Source: a virus. From it: a stretch of 64,000 nucleotides of DNA. Positions 27,846-36,629 of the stretch are shown here, in pieces. Position 1 is the first letter of the stretch; the number at the start of each line of letters is the position of its first letter. The stretch spans positions 1 to 64,000 of the IMG/VR virus record IMGVR_UViG_3300005529_000004; one strand, 5' to 3'. Under the pieces are notes generated by a model, which was not told the DNA's origin, ran no database searches, and saw nothing but the letters and a program-made list of their open reading frames with translations. Both the position numbers and the translations under genes were made by a program.

Positions 27846-28585
27846 TACGAGGGCAGGTCGTGGCCCTTCAGCTTGAACATGACCCGGTGCCCACGGAAGT
27901 CGAACAGGTACGGGTCGGTCCGAGCGATGACTCCCTCGGGCACGGCGTTGCCGGTGCCCTCGGCGGCCGAGACGTCGCTGGTCAGCATCGACCGCACCAG
28001 CTCCTCCACCTCGGCGGTGGACGCATCGACCGCGAGCACGGGCGCCGTGTCGATGTCGAGCTGCGCCGCGACGGTCACGACGTCGTCCCAGGTCCTCCAC
28101 AGAGGCTTGGAGTACTCGTCCCCGTTCGTGACCCGGAAGGTCGCGACGTCGAACGCGCGGAAGCTCTTGTGGCTGGCGTAGTCGCCTCCGCCCTTCTGGA
28201 TGCCAGGTCCGTAGCCCTCGCCGAACACGATCATGGCCAGCTCGCCGATGCCCGATCCGTCTCCGTCGCCGGTGATGTCCGACAGACCGGAGGCGAGCTT
28301 GTTGGCCAGGCTGTCCTGCGACCAGTACGGGCTGCCGTCGTCTCCGAACGCGGAGTCCGCGAAGTCGCCCGGCAGGTTGGCCTTGTCGGTGCGGCCGCGA
28401 ATGTCCACGTGCGGGTAGCCGTTGTCCCAGGTCAGGATCAGCCGGATGTTCATGCCGTCGATCTTCTCGGTCACGTGCCAGCGATCGACCTGCAGGAAGT
28501 CGGGCCGCTTCGCGACACCGACGACCAGCTTGTGCGTCTCGTCGTCGCGGACGTAGAGGTTCTCGATCGACGGGTAGCTGAGCAT
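27845..28585 (-). CDS. ATP-dependent RNA ligase (Rnl2/Rnl5-like nucleotidyltransferase only)
   Basis: EKIDGMN (motif I), FGEGYG, AFDV, EGVI and FKLK. Confidence 0.8.
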   Translation of the reverse strand: MLSYPSIENLYVRDDETHKLVVGVAKRPDFLQVDRWHVTEKIDGMNIRLILTWDNGYPHVDIRGRTDKANLPGDFADSAFGDDGSPYWSQDSLANKLASGLSDITGDGDGSGIGELAMIVFGEGYGPGIQKGGGDYASHKSFRAFDVATFRVTNGDEYSKPLWRTWDDVVTVAAQLDIDTAPVLAVDASTAEVEELVRSMLTSDVSAAEGTGNAVPEGVIARTDPYLFDFRGHRVMFKLKGHDLPS

Positions 28586-28704
28586 CAGCCCGCCTCCACC
28601 AGGATCGACACCACGCACGCCACGATGCCGAGGATGACTCCGGCGTTGCCGAAGCCGGTGAACGCGGCAACCGTGAACGGCACGAGGAAGATTGCAAACA
28701 GCAT
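28585..28704 (-). CDS. Small hydrophobic protein
   Basis: GGAGG SD; two short hydrophobic stretches. Confidence 0.5.
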   Translation of the reverse strand: MLFAIFLVPFTVAAFTGFGNAGVILGIVACVVSILVEAG

Positions 28705-28772
28705 GTCCCACCTCCCCAACCTAGACTTTGAACTACCTCCCGCGCCGAACATTACCACGAGGGCAGGAAGAG

Positions 28773-28796
28773 CGGAAGCCCGCCGGAGCGGGCTTC
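28773..28796 (-). terminator. Hairpin terminator candidate
   Basis: GGAAGCCCGC-cgga-GCGGGCTTCC, followed by pyrimidines on the minus strand. Confidence 0.55.
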
Positions 28797-28828
28797 CTTC
28801 GCCGATGGAGACCAGGCCACCGGAGAAT

Positions 28829-30004
28829 CTAGGTGAGGCCCATCTCCCGCTCGTAGCGGTCGAAGGCCATGTCGTCGGCGGTGGGCGCCTCGGCTGCGAC
28901 CAGCCAGGCATTCTCCGCCTCGATCTCGCTGCGCTGCTGCTCTTCGGCGGCGCGGCAGTTCTCCTCGCCGTGGATCGGGCAGTCGAGCGCCTCGGCCGCA
29001 AACTGGTGCTCGGCCTGGTCGCAGGTGCAGCCGGTGCCGACCGGCGCGTCCAGCAGGTGCGCGTTGGTCGGACGGCTGAAGAATCCGAAGTGCTGGTCGT
29101 CGCGGCTGCGCTCGACCTTCGCGGTCATCGTGACCCGCTCGCCCCGGAATCCGTTGAGGCCGTCGCTGTTGCCCTTCGCCGCGAGCTGGCTCCAGAGTGC
29201 CTGCGCGATCGTGCCGTAGACCTTGTTGCCGTCGTCCTCGCGAACCAGCATCTTGAAGGTCTCGCCGTAGGTGCCGTGCGTCACCTTCGTGCTGACGATC
29301 TCGCCGGTGATCTCGCGGCGTCCCTCGGGGAGGGCCGGGGCGGTGGCGAGTGCAGCCTGCTCAGCGGCTCGGCGGGCGTCCCGCTCGGCCTGGCGCTGGA
29401 TCGAGCGCCGGGCTGCGGCGACCTGGGCCTCGCTCAGCTCGCCCTTGCTCGCGAGCTGCTGCTTGAGGCTGGTCAGGAAGTCGGCCTCGCCGTAGCCGTT
29501 GTAGCGATCCTCGACCGCTTCGAGGAAGGCGACGACGTCCTCGTTAGCTGCGCGGAAGGCGTCGCGCCGGAGCTGCTTCTCCAGGGCCGCTGCCTCGCGA
29601 GCCGCGCGGTCCTTGATGAACTTGGCGCGGAAGGCGTCGCGGCCGTTCAGGTCGCAGCGCTCAGCGCAAATCTCGCCGAAGGCGAGGAAGTCGCCGGAAG
29701 GGATGTACTTGACGACCGCCACCCAGCGGATGCCGGGATGCCCGCAGTGGTTGCACTGGTGGATCGAGCGGTGATCGTCGGCGCCGGTGCGCCAGTTCGG
29801 GAAGTACTGCCAGACCCGATCCTCCCAGCGCTGAACCGCTTGCCGGTATAGCTCGGCGGCTTGTGCGGAGAGCGCGAAGGTCGGCGGCTCGGGGCGGCGG
29901 TTGTCGATGTAGTCAACGACCTCGTAGTCGGCCGGATCGAAGTCGGCCGGGCGATGAACGTCGGTGCGGGGCATTCTGGCCTCCTGGTGGGTGGTGGTCT
30001 CCAT
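28829..30004 (-). CDS. Hypothetical protein with zinc ribbon, coiled coil and OB-fold-like region
   Basis: CNHCG...GEICA; ITGEIVSTK...FFSRPT. Start at 30004 (leaderless) or 29974 (SD). Confidence 0.7.
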   Translation of the reverse strand: METTTHQEARMPRTDVHRPADFDPADYEVVDYIDNRRPEPPTFALSAQAAELYRQAVQRWEDRVWQYFPNWRTGADDHRSIHQCNHCGHPGIRWVAVVKYIPSGDFLAFGEICAERCDLNGRDAFRAKFIKDRAAREAAALEKQLRRDAFRAANEDVVAFLEAVEDRYNGYGEADFLTSLKQQLASKGELSEAQVAAARRSIQRQAERDARRAAEQAALATAPALPEGRREITGEIVSTKVTHGTYGETFKMLVREDDGNKVYGTIAQALWSQLAAKGNSDGLNGFRGERVTMTAKVERSRDDQHFGFFSRPTNAHLLDAPVGTGCTCDQAEHQFAAEALDCPIHGEENCRAAEEQQRSEIEAENAWLVAAEAPTADDMAFDRYEREMGLT

Positions 30005-30061
30005 ACCCGGATTATCGCCGAAGGGGAGGACGGACCGCATCCCTCGAACGGGTAGTTCTTG
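29995..30061 (-). repeat. Promoter cassette copy 2 (67 bp, identical to copy 3)
   Basis: Exact reverse complement of 56359-56425. Confidence 0.92.
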
Positions 30062-30168
30062 AACTACGATCTGAGCGGAGGGACGGCGCCCGTTGCGGGC
30101 CGGAAGGAGGAGGTTGTCCGCACCGCTCGAAGCCGAAGCTCGTTGCGGGCGACGTCCTCGCTCCGCTC

Positions 30169-30966
30169 TCAAGTCTCGGACGAGCTTAGCAGCTCCCGGA
30201 GACGGCGCAATGCTTCCCGCTGCCACGCCTGCACGGTGGTCGTGCTCTTGCCCACGTGCGCGGCGATCTCGCCCAGGCTCAGCGGCGGCTGGCCGTCGAA
30301 TCCGAAGCGCAGCCGGACGATCTCGCCCAGCTCCGGTGGAAGGTCGAGCAGGGCCGCGCGAAGATGCGTCGCGTCCCAGTGTCCCTCGCTCGGGTCGTCG
30401 GCGTGCGGGTCGGCGACCGTGTCCAGCAGGCTCTGGGAGTAGTCGTCATCGAGGTAGACCTCGCGGTTGAGGCTCGTCACGACCTCGGCTGCTTCGAGCG
30501 CGCGCCGAATCTCCTCCGGCTCGGCGTCCAGGTCCTTCGCGAGCTGCTCGATCGTCTTGTGCGGCTCGGCTGCGAGCGCGCCGCGCGCCTTCGCGCGATG
30601 CTCGGCGACCTGGGGAGGCAGACGGATCGTGGCCGCGTTCGCCGACAGGCCGGTGAGAATGTACTTGCGGACCCAGAGCGTGGCGTAGGTCGTGAAGCGG
30701 AAGCCCAGCTCCGGGTCAAACTTGCGCGTGGCGTGGTCGAGACCCAGCACGCCGTCCTGGACGATGTCCTCGTAGTCGCCGCGATGCCTGTAGCCGCGAG
30801 CGATGCTGAGCACGAGGCGCATATTGCACCGGATCAGCTCATGGCGCGCGCTCTCGTCTCCCCGCCCTGCTCGCCGCGCCAGGTCGCGCTCCTCCTTCGC
30901 GGTTAGCAGGCGGTGGTTGGCGGCGGAATCGAGGAACCGCTGGTGGCCCTCGTCCGTCGTTCTCAT
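30169..30966 (-). CDS. Phage sigma-70 family factor (group 1/2-like)
   Basis: Region 1.2 LLTAKEERDLARR; region 2 NMRLVLSIAR..FDPELGFRFTTYAT; region 4 LRFG..SLGEIA..EALRRLR. Confidence 0.92.
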   Translation of the reverse strand: MRTTDEGHQRFLDSAANHRLLTAKEERDLARRAGRGDESARHELIRCNMRLVLSIARGYRHRGDYEDIVQDGVLGLDHATRKFDPELGFRFTTYATLWVRKYILTGLSANAATIRLPPQVAEHRAKARGALAAEPHKTIEQLAKDLDAEPEEIRRALEAAEVVTSLNREVYLDDDYSQSLLDTVADPHADDPSEGHWDATHLRAALLDLPPELGEIVRLRFGFDGQPPLSLGEIAAHVGKSTTTVQAWQREALRRLRELLSSSET

Positions 30967-31040
30967 GTTAGGCGACAGGGTAGCACGAGAGAGGCCCGCT
31001 CATCGCGGGCCTCGCTCGGGGAATAACCGCCTTGTGCGGC

Positions 31041-31643
31041 TTAGCGCAGCTTGGCACGCTCCTCGGCGGTCAGCAACTCCAGCGCATCCTCGCGCCAGTC
31101 GTCCGTCTTCGGCACCGGCGGCAGCTCGCCCTCGCGCCGGAGCCGCTCGATCGCCCCGCAGACGCCGTGGTAGGTCCGCCCGAGCGCCTTCGCGATGATC
31201 TCAGCCGTGTGGCCCTCCTCGACCATCGTGACGATGAAGGTCAGGTCGTACTCGTCGTAGCGCTCGCCGCGATGCCGGGCGCGGGGAAGAGTCGCTGCCT
31301 GGGCCTTCTGCTCGAACTCGATCATCGCCCGCCGCTCAGCCTCGGTCGTGTAGCGGTGCCGGTACTCGTCGCGCCGCTGCGACATCGTGAGGCTGCAGTA
31401 GCGGTAGGCGTCCGCGACCGAGCAGTGGCGGTGACTGGCCAGGACGCCGGGCGAGCGGACGATCCCGTGCGCCGCCCAGCGGTTGACCGTGTCGCGGTTG
31501 ACCCCGAAGAGCTGCGCGAGCTGGACGCTCGGCAGGTAGGTGATCAACTCGCCCGTCTCCGGGTCGGGGATGCGGCGGATGACCATGCCGTGCTTGCGCC
31601 GGGCATCGTTCATCCGGCCGACCCGCTCGGCGACGGCGCTCAC
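31041..31643 (-). CDS. Double-HTH DNA-binding protein
   Basis: QLAQLFGVNRDTVNRW and TAEIIAKALGRT. Confidence 0.7.
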   Translation of the reverse strand: MSAVAERVGRMNDARRKHGMVIRRIPDPETGELITYLPSVQLAQLFGVNRDTVNRWAAHGIVRSPGVLASHRHCSVADAYRYCSLTMSQRRDEYRHRYTTEAERRAMIEFEQKAQAATLPRARHRGERYDEYDLTFIVTMVEEGHTAEIIAKALGRTYHGVCGAIERLRREGELPPVPKTDDWREDALELLTAEERAKLR

Positions 31644-31822
31644 TGGAGCTTCCCGAGCAGGTCGCTGTACTCCTCCTGCTCCTGCCGGGCCGCGCGACGC
31701 TCGGCGGCGGGCAAGTCCGCGTTCCGAAGCTCGGCGCCGGTGATGGCGATGGCGCGCTTGAGGCCCCGCACCAGAACCGTCTGGTCTGAGGCGCTCATCT
31801 TGACGTTGACGGATACGTCCAT
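31640..31822 (-). CDS. Hypothetical protein (60 aa)
   Basis: AGGAGGAG SD; GTGA overlap. Confidence 0.65.
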   Translation of the reverse strand: MDVSVNVKMSASDQTVLVRGLKRAIAITGAELRNADLPAAERRAARQEQEEYSDLLGKLQ

Positions 31823-31872
31823 CTTCTCCTCCTGCTAGCCCGGTTCGTCCGGGTCGCGCTCACCGTACCACA

Positions 31873-31904
31873 AAATGACGCCTTTTGGCTCTTCTGCGTC
31901 ATTT
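31873..31904. promoter_or_regulatory. Operator-like inverted repeat between divergent -10 boxes
   Basis: AAATGACGC-N14-GCGTCATTT, flanked by TACGGT(-) and TAGAAT(+). Confidence 0.6.
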
Positions 31905-32039
31905 CGGCTAGAATCGGAGCAACGGCGGCGCTCAGTCGTCGGCCGCGATCCCGGTGGAAGGCCGTGGACGACTAGTCGAACGAGGGCCGCTGGGCCTGGA
32001 GGTGGGCATGCCGCCTCGCCACCCGGCGGCTCTCGCGGT

Positions 32040-32261
32040 TCACGGGAGCCAGCCTCCGTCCTCGGGATCGTTGCGGTGCGGAGCGGTGGCGATGAGCGCC
32101 CGATGTCTGCGGCGCGCGTCACGTCGCAGGTAGCGACGGGTCTCCAGGGCATTCCGCGCGTTTCTCCCTGCACGCCAGAGCCAACGTCGCACGAACCAGG
32201 CGGTGTCGATCAGCACGACGATCGCTGCGACATCCCAGAGGAGATGCTCGTAGGGCTGCAC
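32040..32261 (-). CDS. Small membrane protein
   Basis: One TM helix followed by a basic tail; abuts the primase stop. Confidence 0.5.
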   Translation of the reverse strand: MQPYEHLLWDVAAIVVLIDTAWFVRRWLWRAGRNARNALETRRYLRRDARRRHRALIATAPHRNDPEDGGWLP

Positions 32262-34837
32262 TAGATCGGCAGGTCGGGGTTGACGACGGCGTCGGCCTCG
32301 CCGGGAAGGTCGAGGCCCTCAATCAGGTGCGCGCGAACGGCCGTCGTGCTCATCGGCGGGCGGACCGGGTCGCCGCCGGAGACGACGAACCGCTCGCGGA
32401 AGTAGTCAAGCAGCGCGATCGAGCGTCCCGGCAGCTCGATGTCGGTCGAGCGCTCCGCCGCGCTGACGAGCGCGCGAGCGCGGACCCACGTGCCCTTGCC
32501 CTCGGTGTCGCGCCAGACCAGCGGGCGGTGGTTTGCGTCGGTCAGGGACAGACCCTCGATCAGGGTGACGAGGTAGATGTTCTCCTCCGGCGCCGCGTCC
32601 TCGTCCGCGTCGAAGCAGGACAAGTCGCAGACCTCGGGGATATGCGGCGGCTTCTGCCCGTGAGCCACGAGGTCGCCGATGAACGCGCGCAGCGTCTCCC
32701 AGCCCGCTTCGAGGATCATGCGGTTGTATTCGGGGCGGCTTGCGGCCGTGAGGCGCATCGTCGGCAGCCCGTCCGGGTTGGTCGCCAGCCAGGAGTGGAT
32801 GGCCGCGCCGATCTTCTGCAGCGGGACGTACTGGATCGAGGCGAGCGCCACCGGATTCTGCTCTCCGCGCGTCGGGTGGACCTGTACGATCCGCTCCCGT
32901 TCGCGGTCGAGCGCGAAGGTGTCCTCGCCTGCGACCATCGTCGGCGCGGTCAGCTCGTAGCGCACGGAGCTGAGGTCACTCTGGCCTCGCTCAGCAGTGC
33001 CGCGCGAGTAGAGCACCGGCACGAACCCCTGGAAGGCCTCGCGCGTGTCCTTGCGCGAGTGCCGCGTCCACTCGTCCACGAACACCGGCAGGCTGCGGGA
33101 GCTGGACAGGGCGCGGAGCAGCACGAACGGAGTCACCGTGCCCAGGTCCACTTCGATGCGCGATCCCGCTAGACGTGCGGTCATCCGGGCAAGCGTGCTC
33201 TTCCCCACGCCGGACGAGCCGCCGATGAACAGCATCGGGAAGTCGCGTGCCTCCGGGCGCCGCATCGCCGCCACGACCCAGGCCAGGAGCGGGTGGGTCA
33301 CGCGGCTGGAGCTGAGCTGCAGGAATGTCTCCAGCCAGCCCCAGTCCGGGTTAGGCTCGGCGGGCAGGTAGACCTGGCCGGTCACGTCCGAGGTGTGCTG
33401 CGTCGGGGCGTAGCGCCAGGGAAGATCGCCGTCGTAGTGACGATTCGGGTAGACGATCGTCGGCCCGGCGTAGGAATACTCCTTCGGCGGCTCGTGCATC
33501 CCGACGCGCGTGGTCTGGAAGATCTCGGGCGTCACGTGGCCGCGCGCCTTGACCCACTCCGCGAGCAGCCGCCGGTCGAAGTCCGTGCCCGTGAAGAGAA
33601 GACGCTGTCCGTTGGCCCAGCGGTTAAGGGCCGCGACGGATGCCATGTCCGAGAGCCGCAGCACCGCATCGGTGACGACTCCGGCGTGCTCAAGGGTCAC
33701 GTCGTAGCCGGGGTCGTCGCCTCCCGCGAGCTGCGCGACCGGCTCGACCGTCCAGTTCGTCACCTGCTCGGCATCGCCAGACTTGCGCGTGATCGCGTAG
33801 CCGTTCCGTTCCTTCGACACCAGCACCGGGTAGGGAAGCGGCCGGACGGCCGAACGCAGCAGGCGCGAGATGTCCGCGCGGGCTGAGCGCAGGTCCTTGC
33901 CGAGCGGCAGGATGCAGACGCGCACGTCCCAGGAGCTACCCGCCTGGCTGAAGAACTCCTCGATCCACCGCCGGGTCGCCTTCACGCCTTCCTCATCCGG
34001 GTCGAGGCCCAGGTAGATGTAGCGCGCGCCCCGGATGAAGTGAACCCAGCTCGCGTCGATCGCCTGCTGTGCGCCAGACGGCAGACCATAGACGTCGATC
34101 GGCTCGTTCTGCTGCGCGGCCATGTACGCCGCGTACGCCGTGTCGGTCTCGCCCTCGGCGATGAAGATGCGCTGGGTCTGACGCGGTCGCCAGCTCCCGT
34201 AGAGGTTCGGGAAGGAGCTGCCGGAGATGGCGCCCTTCGTTCCATCCGCGTGTCGCTTGTGCGCGCCGGTCAACGTTCCGTCCGGTCCCCAGTGAGGAAC
34301 GACGACGGTGCCGACCGGGTCGATGCCCCAGCCCCAGTTGTGGATCAGGTACTGGCCCCAGGCGGTGAGCACGCGCGGGTCGTCGCCGGGCGAGCCAAAC
34401 CCGCCACGGACGGCCAGCACGATCGGAGCGCCGGGGTCCTCGCGGGCGCGCTGCTGGGCAATCGCCACCTCGCCCGCCAGGTCCTCGGGACGGGCGCGAA
34501 CACGTCCCTGCACGGTCGGCTGGACGTAATCGGGCGGAAGCTCCAGCAGGAAGCGCCGAAGCGTGTCGAGGGCCTGACCGAAGTCCTGGTGCAGCTTCTC
34601 GCGGACGAGGCCGATGATGTCGAAGTCCTTGTCGCACGGCTTGCAGCCGATGCGCTGGCCGTCGTCTCCTTCCCAGACCTCCAGGCTCGGGCTGTGGTCG
34701 TCATGCCACGGGCAGAGCGCCCGCCCTCGATCGTCCAGCACGATCCCGAGCCGCGCGCAGACGTAGGCCATGCTGAGCGCCCGCTTCAGCTCCTGCGGTG
34801 TCGCCTCAAGGCCAGGAAAGGTCCCGCTCACTCCCAC
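32261..34837 (-). CDS. DNA primase-helicase (CHC2 zinc finger, TOPRIM, P-loop)
   Basis: CPWHDDHSPS..CKPC, IAEGETD, DPDEEG, GSSGVGKS and VFVDE. Confidence 0.88.
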   Translation of the reverse strand: MGVSGTFPGLEATPQELKRALSMAYVCARLGIVLDDRGRALCPWHDDHSPSLEVWEGDDGQRIGCKPCDKDFDIIGLVREKLHQDFGQALDTLRRFLLELPPDYVQPTVQGRVRARPEDLAGEVAIAQQRAREDPGAPIVLAVRGGFGSPGDDPRVLTAWGQYLIHNWGWGIDPVGTVVVPHWGPDGTLTGAHKRHADGTKGAISGSSFPNLYGSWRPRQTQRIFIAEGETDTAYAAYMAAQQNEPIDVYGLPSGAQQAIDASWVHFIRGARYIYLGLDPDEEGVKATRRWIEEFFSQAGSSWDVRVCILPLGKDLRSARADISRLLRSAVRPLPYPVLVSKERNGYAITRKSGDAEQVTNWTVEPVAQLAGGDDPGYDVTLEHAGVVTDAVLRLSDMASVAALNRWANGQRLLFTGTDFDRRLLAEWVKARGHVTPEIFQTTRVGMHEPPKEYSYAGPTIVYPNRHYDGDLPWRYAPTQHTSDVTGQVYLPAEPNPDWGWLETFLQLSSSRVTHPLLAWVVAAMRRPEARDFPMLFIGGSSGVGKSTLARMTARLAGSRIEVDLGTVTPFVLLRALSSSRSLPVFVDEWTRHSRKDTREAFQGFVPVLYSRGTAERGQSDLSSVRYELTAPTMVAGEDTFALDRERERIVQVHPTRGEQNPVALASIQYVPLQKIGAAIHSWLATNPDGLPTMRLTAASRPEYNRMILEAGWETLRAFIGDLVAHGQKPPHIPEVCDLSCFDADEDAAPEENIYLVTLIEGLSLTDANHRPLVWRDTEGKGTWVRARALVSAAERSTDIELPGRSIALLDYFRERFVVSGGDPVRPPMSTTAVRAHLIEGLDLPGEADAVVNPDLPI

Positions 34838-34842
34838 CTCCC

Positions 34843-35116
34843 GAATGATGCCGGTTCGTCGTTCCGCGCGGGCCTCCTACTCGCGCCCACGCAGCTTACC
34901 TCGTCATTCCACGGGCCGCTCATCGTTCCACGTCATTCCGTACAGCGGAATGATGAGGCCTCAAACCCGCATCGCTCCGCCACATTCTCCCCTTACTCGT
35001 CATTCCATCACTTCAGAGTAGAAGTAGGTACGTGTACGAGGCGCGGAGTGAAACGGGCGGAGACCCACGATTCTGTCAGGGGAGTGGGTCTCCACCGTTC
35101 GAATGACGGAATGACG
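34843..35116. repeat. Iteron-like CGTCATTCC boxes (candidate origin or operator array)
   Basis: CGTCATTCC at 34902, 34931 and 34998; inverted GGAATGA(C/T)G at 34947 and 35108; GAATGACG at 35101; internal IR GGAGACCCAC/GTGGGTCTCC. Confidence 0.7.
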
Positions 35117-35124
35117 ATTCCGGG

Positions 35125-36543
35125 TCACTCGCCGAGCGGTCCAGGGCTGAAGTCGTGGCCCTCCTCGGGCTGCGCCTCGGCCTGCTCGCCGTAGCCCGCC
35201 TGCTCCCGCTCCGCCCGGTAGCGCGGGTAGCGCTGGCGGATGACGTCGGCGTAGCGCGGGTCCAGCTCGACCACGAACGCGCGCCGATCGGTCAGGTCGG
35301 CCGCGATCAGGGTGGAGCCGCTGCCCGCGAACGGGTCGAAGACCACGTCGCCTGGCACCGAGCTGTTCTCGATCGCCTGCGTGATCAGCTCGACGGGCTT
35401 CATGGTCGGATGCTCGCGGCTCGCACTTGGCGCGTCCACCTCGATGACCGAGGTGCAGTTGTCCGGGCCGAACCACCGCGTCGGAACCTCGCCGGAACGG
35501 TTTGCCGCGCTGTTCTCCATCTGGCTGATGCGGCCGGTCCGACGTCCAGGCGTGTAACCGTAGTAGACCGCTTCATGCCGCAGGTGGTAGTCCGAGTGCC
35601 CGAGGATCATCCGCTGCTTGACCCAGACGAGCATCTGGAAGTAGCGCCACGGCGTCTCCAGGTTCTCGAACGAGGTAATGAAGACGCCGCCGTTGCGATC
35701 GGTCGGGCCTGCGACGTAGAACGGCGCCGACTCCTGCATGATCGTCGCGCAGGCAGTCCAGGCATCGCGCAGCAAGGCACGCAGGCCAGCCTGGTCGCGG
35801 GCGTCGTTCTGGATCGTCATCGCGTTGCCCTCGACCTTGCCGACGTAGTCCACGCCGTAGGGCGGGTCGGTCCACATCATCGTGGCCTTGCCGCCTTCAC
35901 CGAGCATCGCCTCGATGCCGGTCTTCAGCGCGTCGGCGTTCGTGGCATCGCCGCAGAACAGCAGGTGCCGCATCGGGTCCTCGGCCGGGCCGATCCAGTG
36001 GAACGAGTTGGGCGGAGTCTCGGGCGTCTCCGGCAGCTCGGGCGCGTCGTTCGTGCCGGGGATGCTGGACTCGATCCGCGACTCCATGTCCTGGAGCGAC
36101 CAGCCATGCTCGGCTGCCTGGCCCAGCCAGTACTCCGCCTTCTCCGCTCCGTAGCGTCGGACACGGCTGAAGTGCGAGAAGCTGACGCCGGGATGTCCTT
36201 CGAACCGCGTCATGTGCCGAGCGCGCTGCTCGTGCGGGAAGAACGCCGACACCGCCGCGTAGACCTTGACCGTCTTCTGGTCGAGGCCACCGATCGGGCT
36301 GGGCCGGTCGATCCACTCCCGGTACTCGCGCGGGAAGTGCGCCTTGTAGAAGTTCGCGATGTCGCCGATCGCGAAGCACGTCGCGTCGGTGATGGCGCCG
36401 AGACCTTCCGCGAGGCTCAGCAGCTCCTGCTCGGATGCACCGGGCGCGAGCTGCAGACCAACCGTCGTCATGCGGGCGTGCTCGGAGAGCGCGACTCCCT
36501 GCCCGCCGAAGACGGCAATCTCAGTGCTGCTCAAGTATCCCAC
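35125..36543 (-). CDS. DNA N6/N4 methyltransferase with an LmbU-like N-terminal domain
   Basis: TDPPY, HPTMKP and DPFAGSGST; N-terminal AIGD..SFSHF..WL.QA..HGWS. Confidence 0.88.
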   Translation of the reverse strand: MGYLSSTEIAVFGGQGVALSEHARMTTVGLQLAPGASEQELLSLAEGLGAITDATCFAIGDIANFYKAHFPREYREWIDRPSPIGGLDQKTVKVYAAVSAFFPHEQRARHMTRFEGHPGVSFSHFSRVRRYGAEKAEYWLGQAAEHGWSLQDMESRIESSIPGTNDAPELPETPETPPNSFHWIGPAEDPMRHLLFCGDATNADALKTGIEAMLGEGGKATMMWTDPPYGVDYVGKVEGNAMTIQNDARDQAGLRALLRDAWTACATIMQESAPFYVAGPTDRNGGVFITSFENLETPWRYFQMLVWVKQRMILGHSDYHLRHEAVYYGYTPGRRTGRISQMENSAANRSGEVPTRWFGPDNCTSVIEVDAPSASREHPTMKPVELITQAIENSSVPGDVVFDPFAGSGSTLIAADLTDRRAFVVELDPRYADVIRQRYPRYRAEREQAGYGEQAEAQPEEGHDFSPGPLGE

Positions 36544-36629
36544 CTCCTTCTATGACTCCCGCATTGTACGCGAACCGCGCCGTCTCCGCGAGCGGGGCTG
36601 CGCGTTCTCTGGCCGGTAGACTCGAACCC

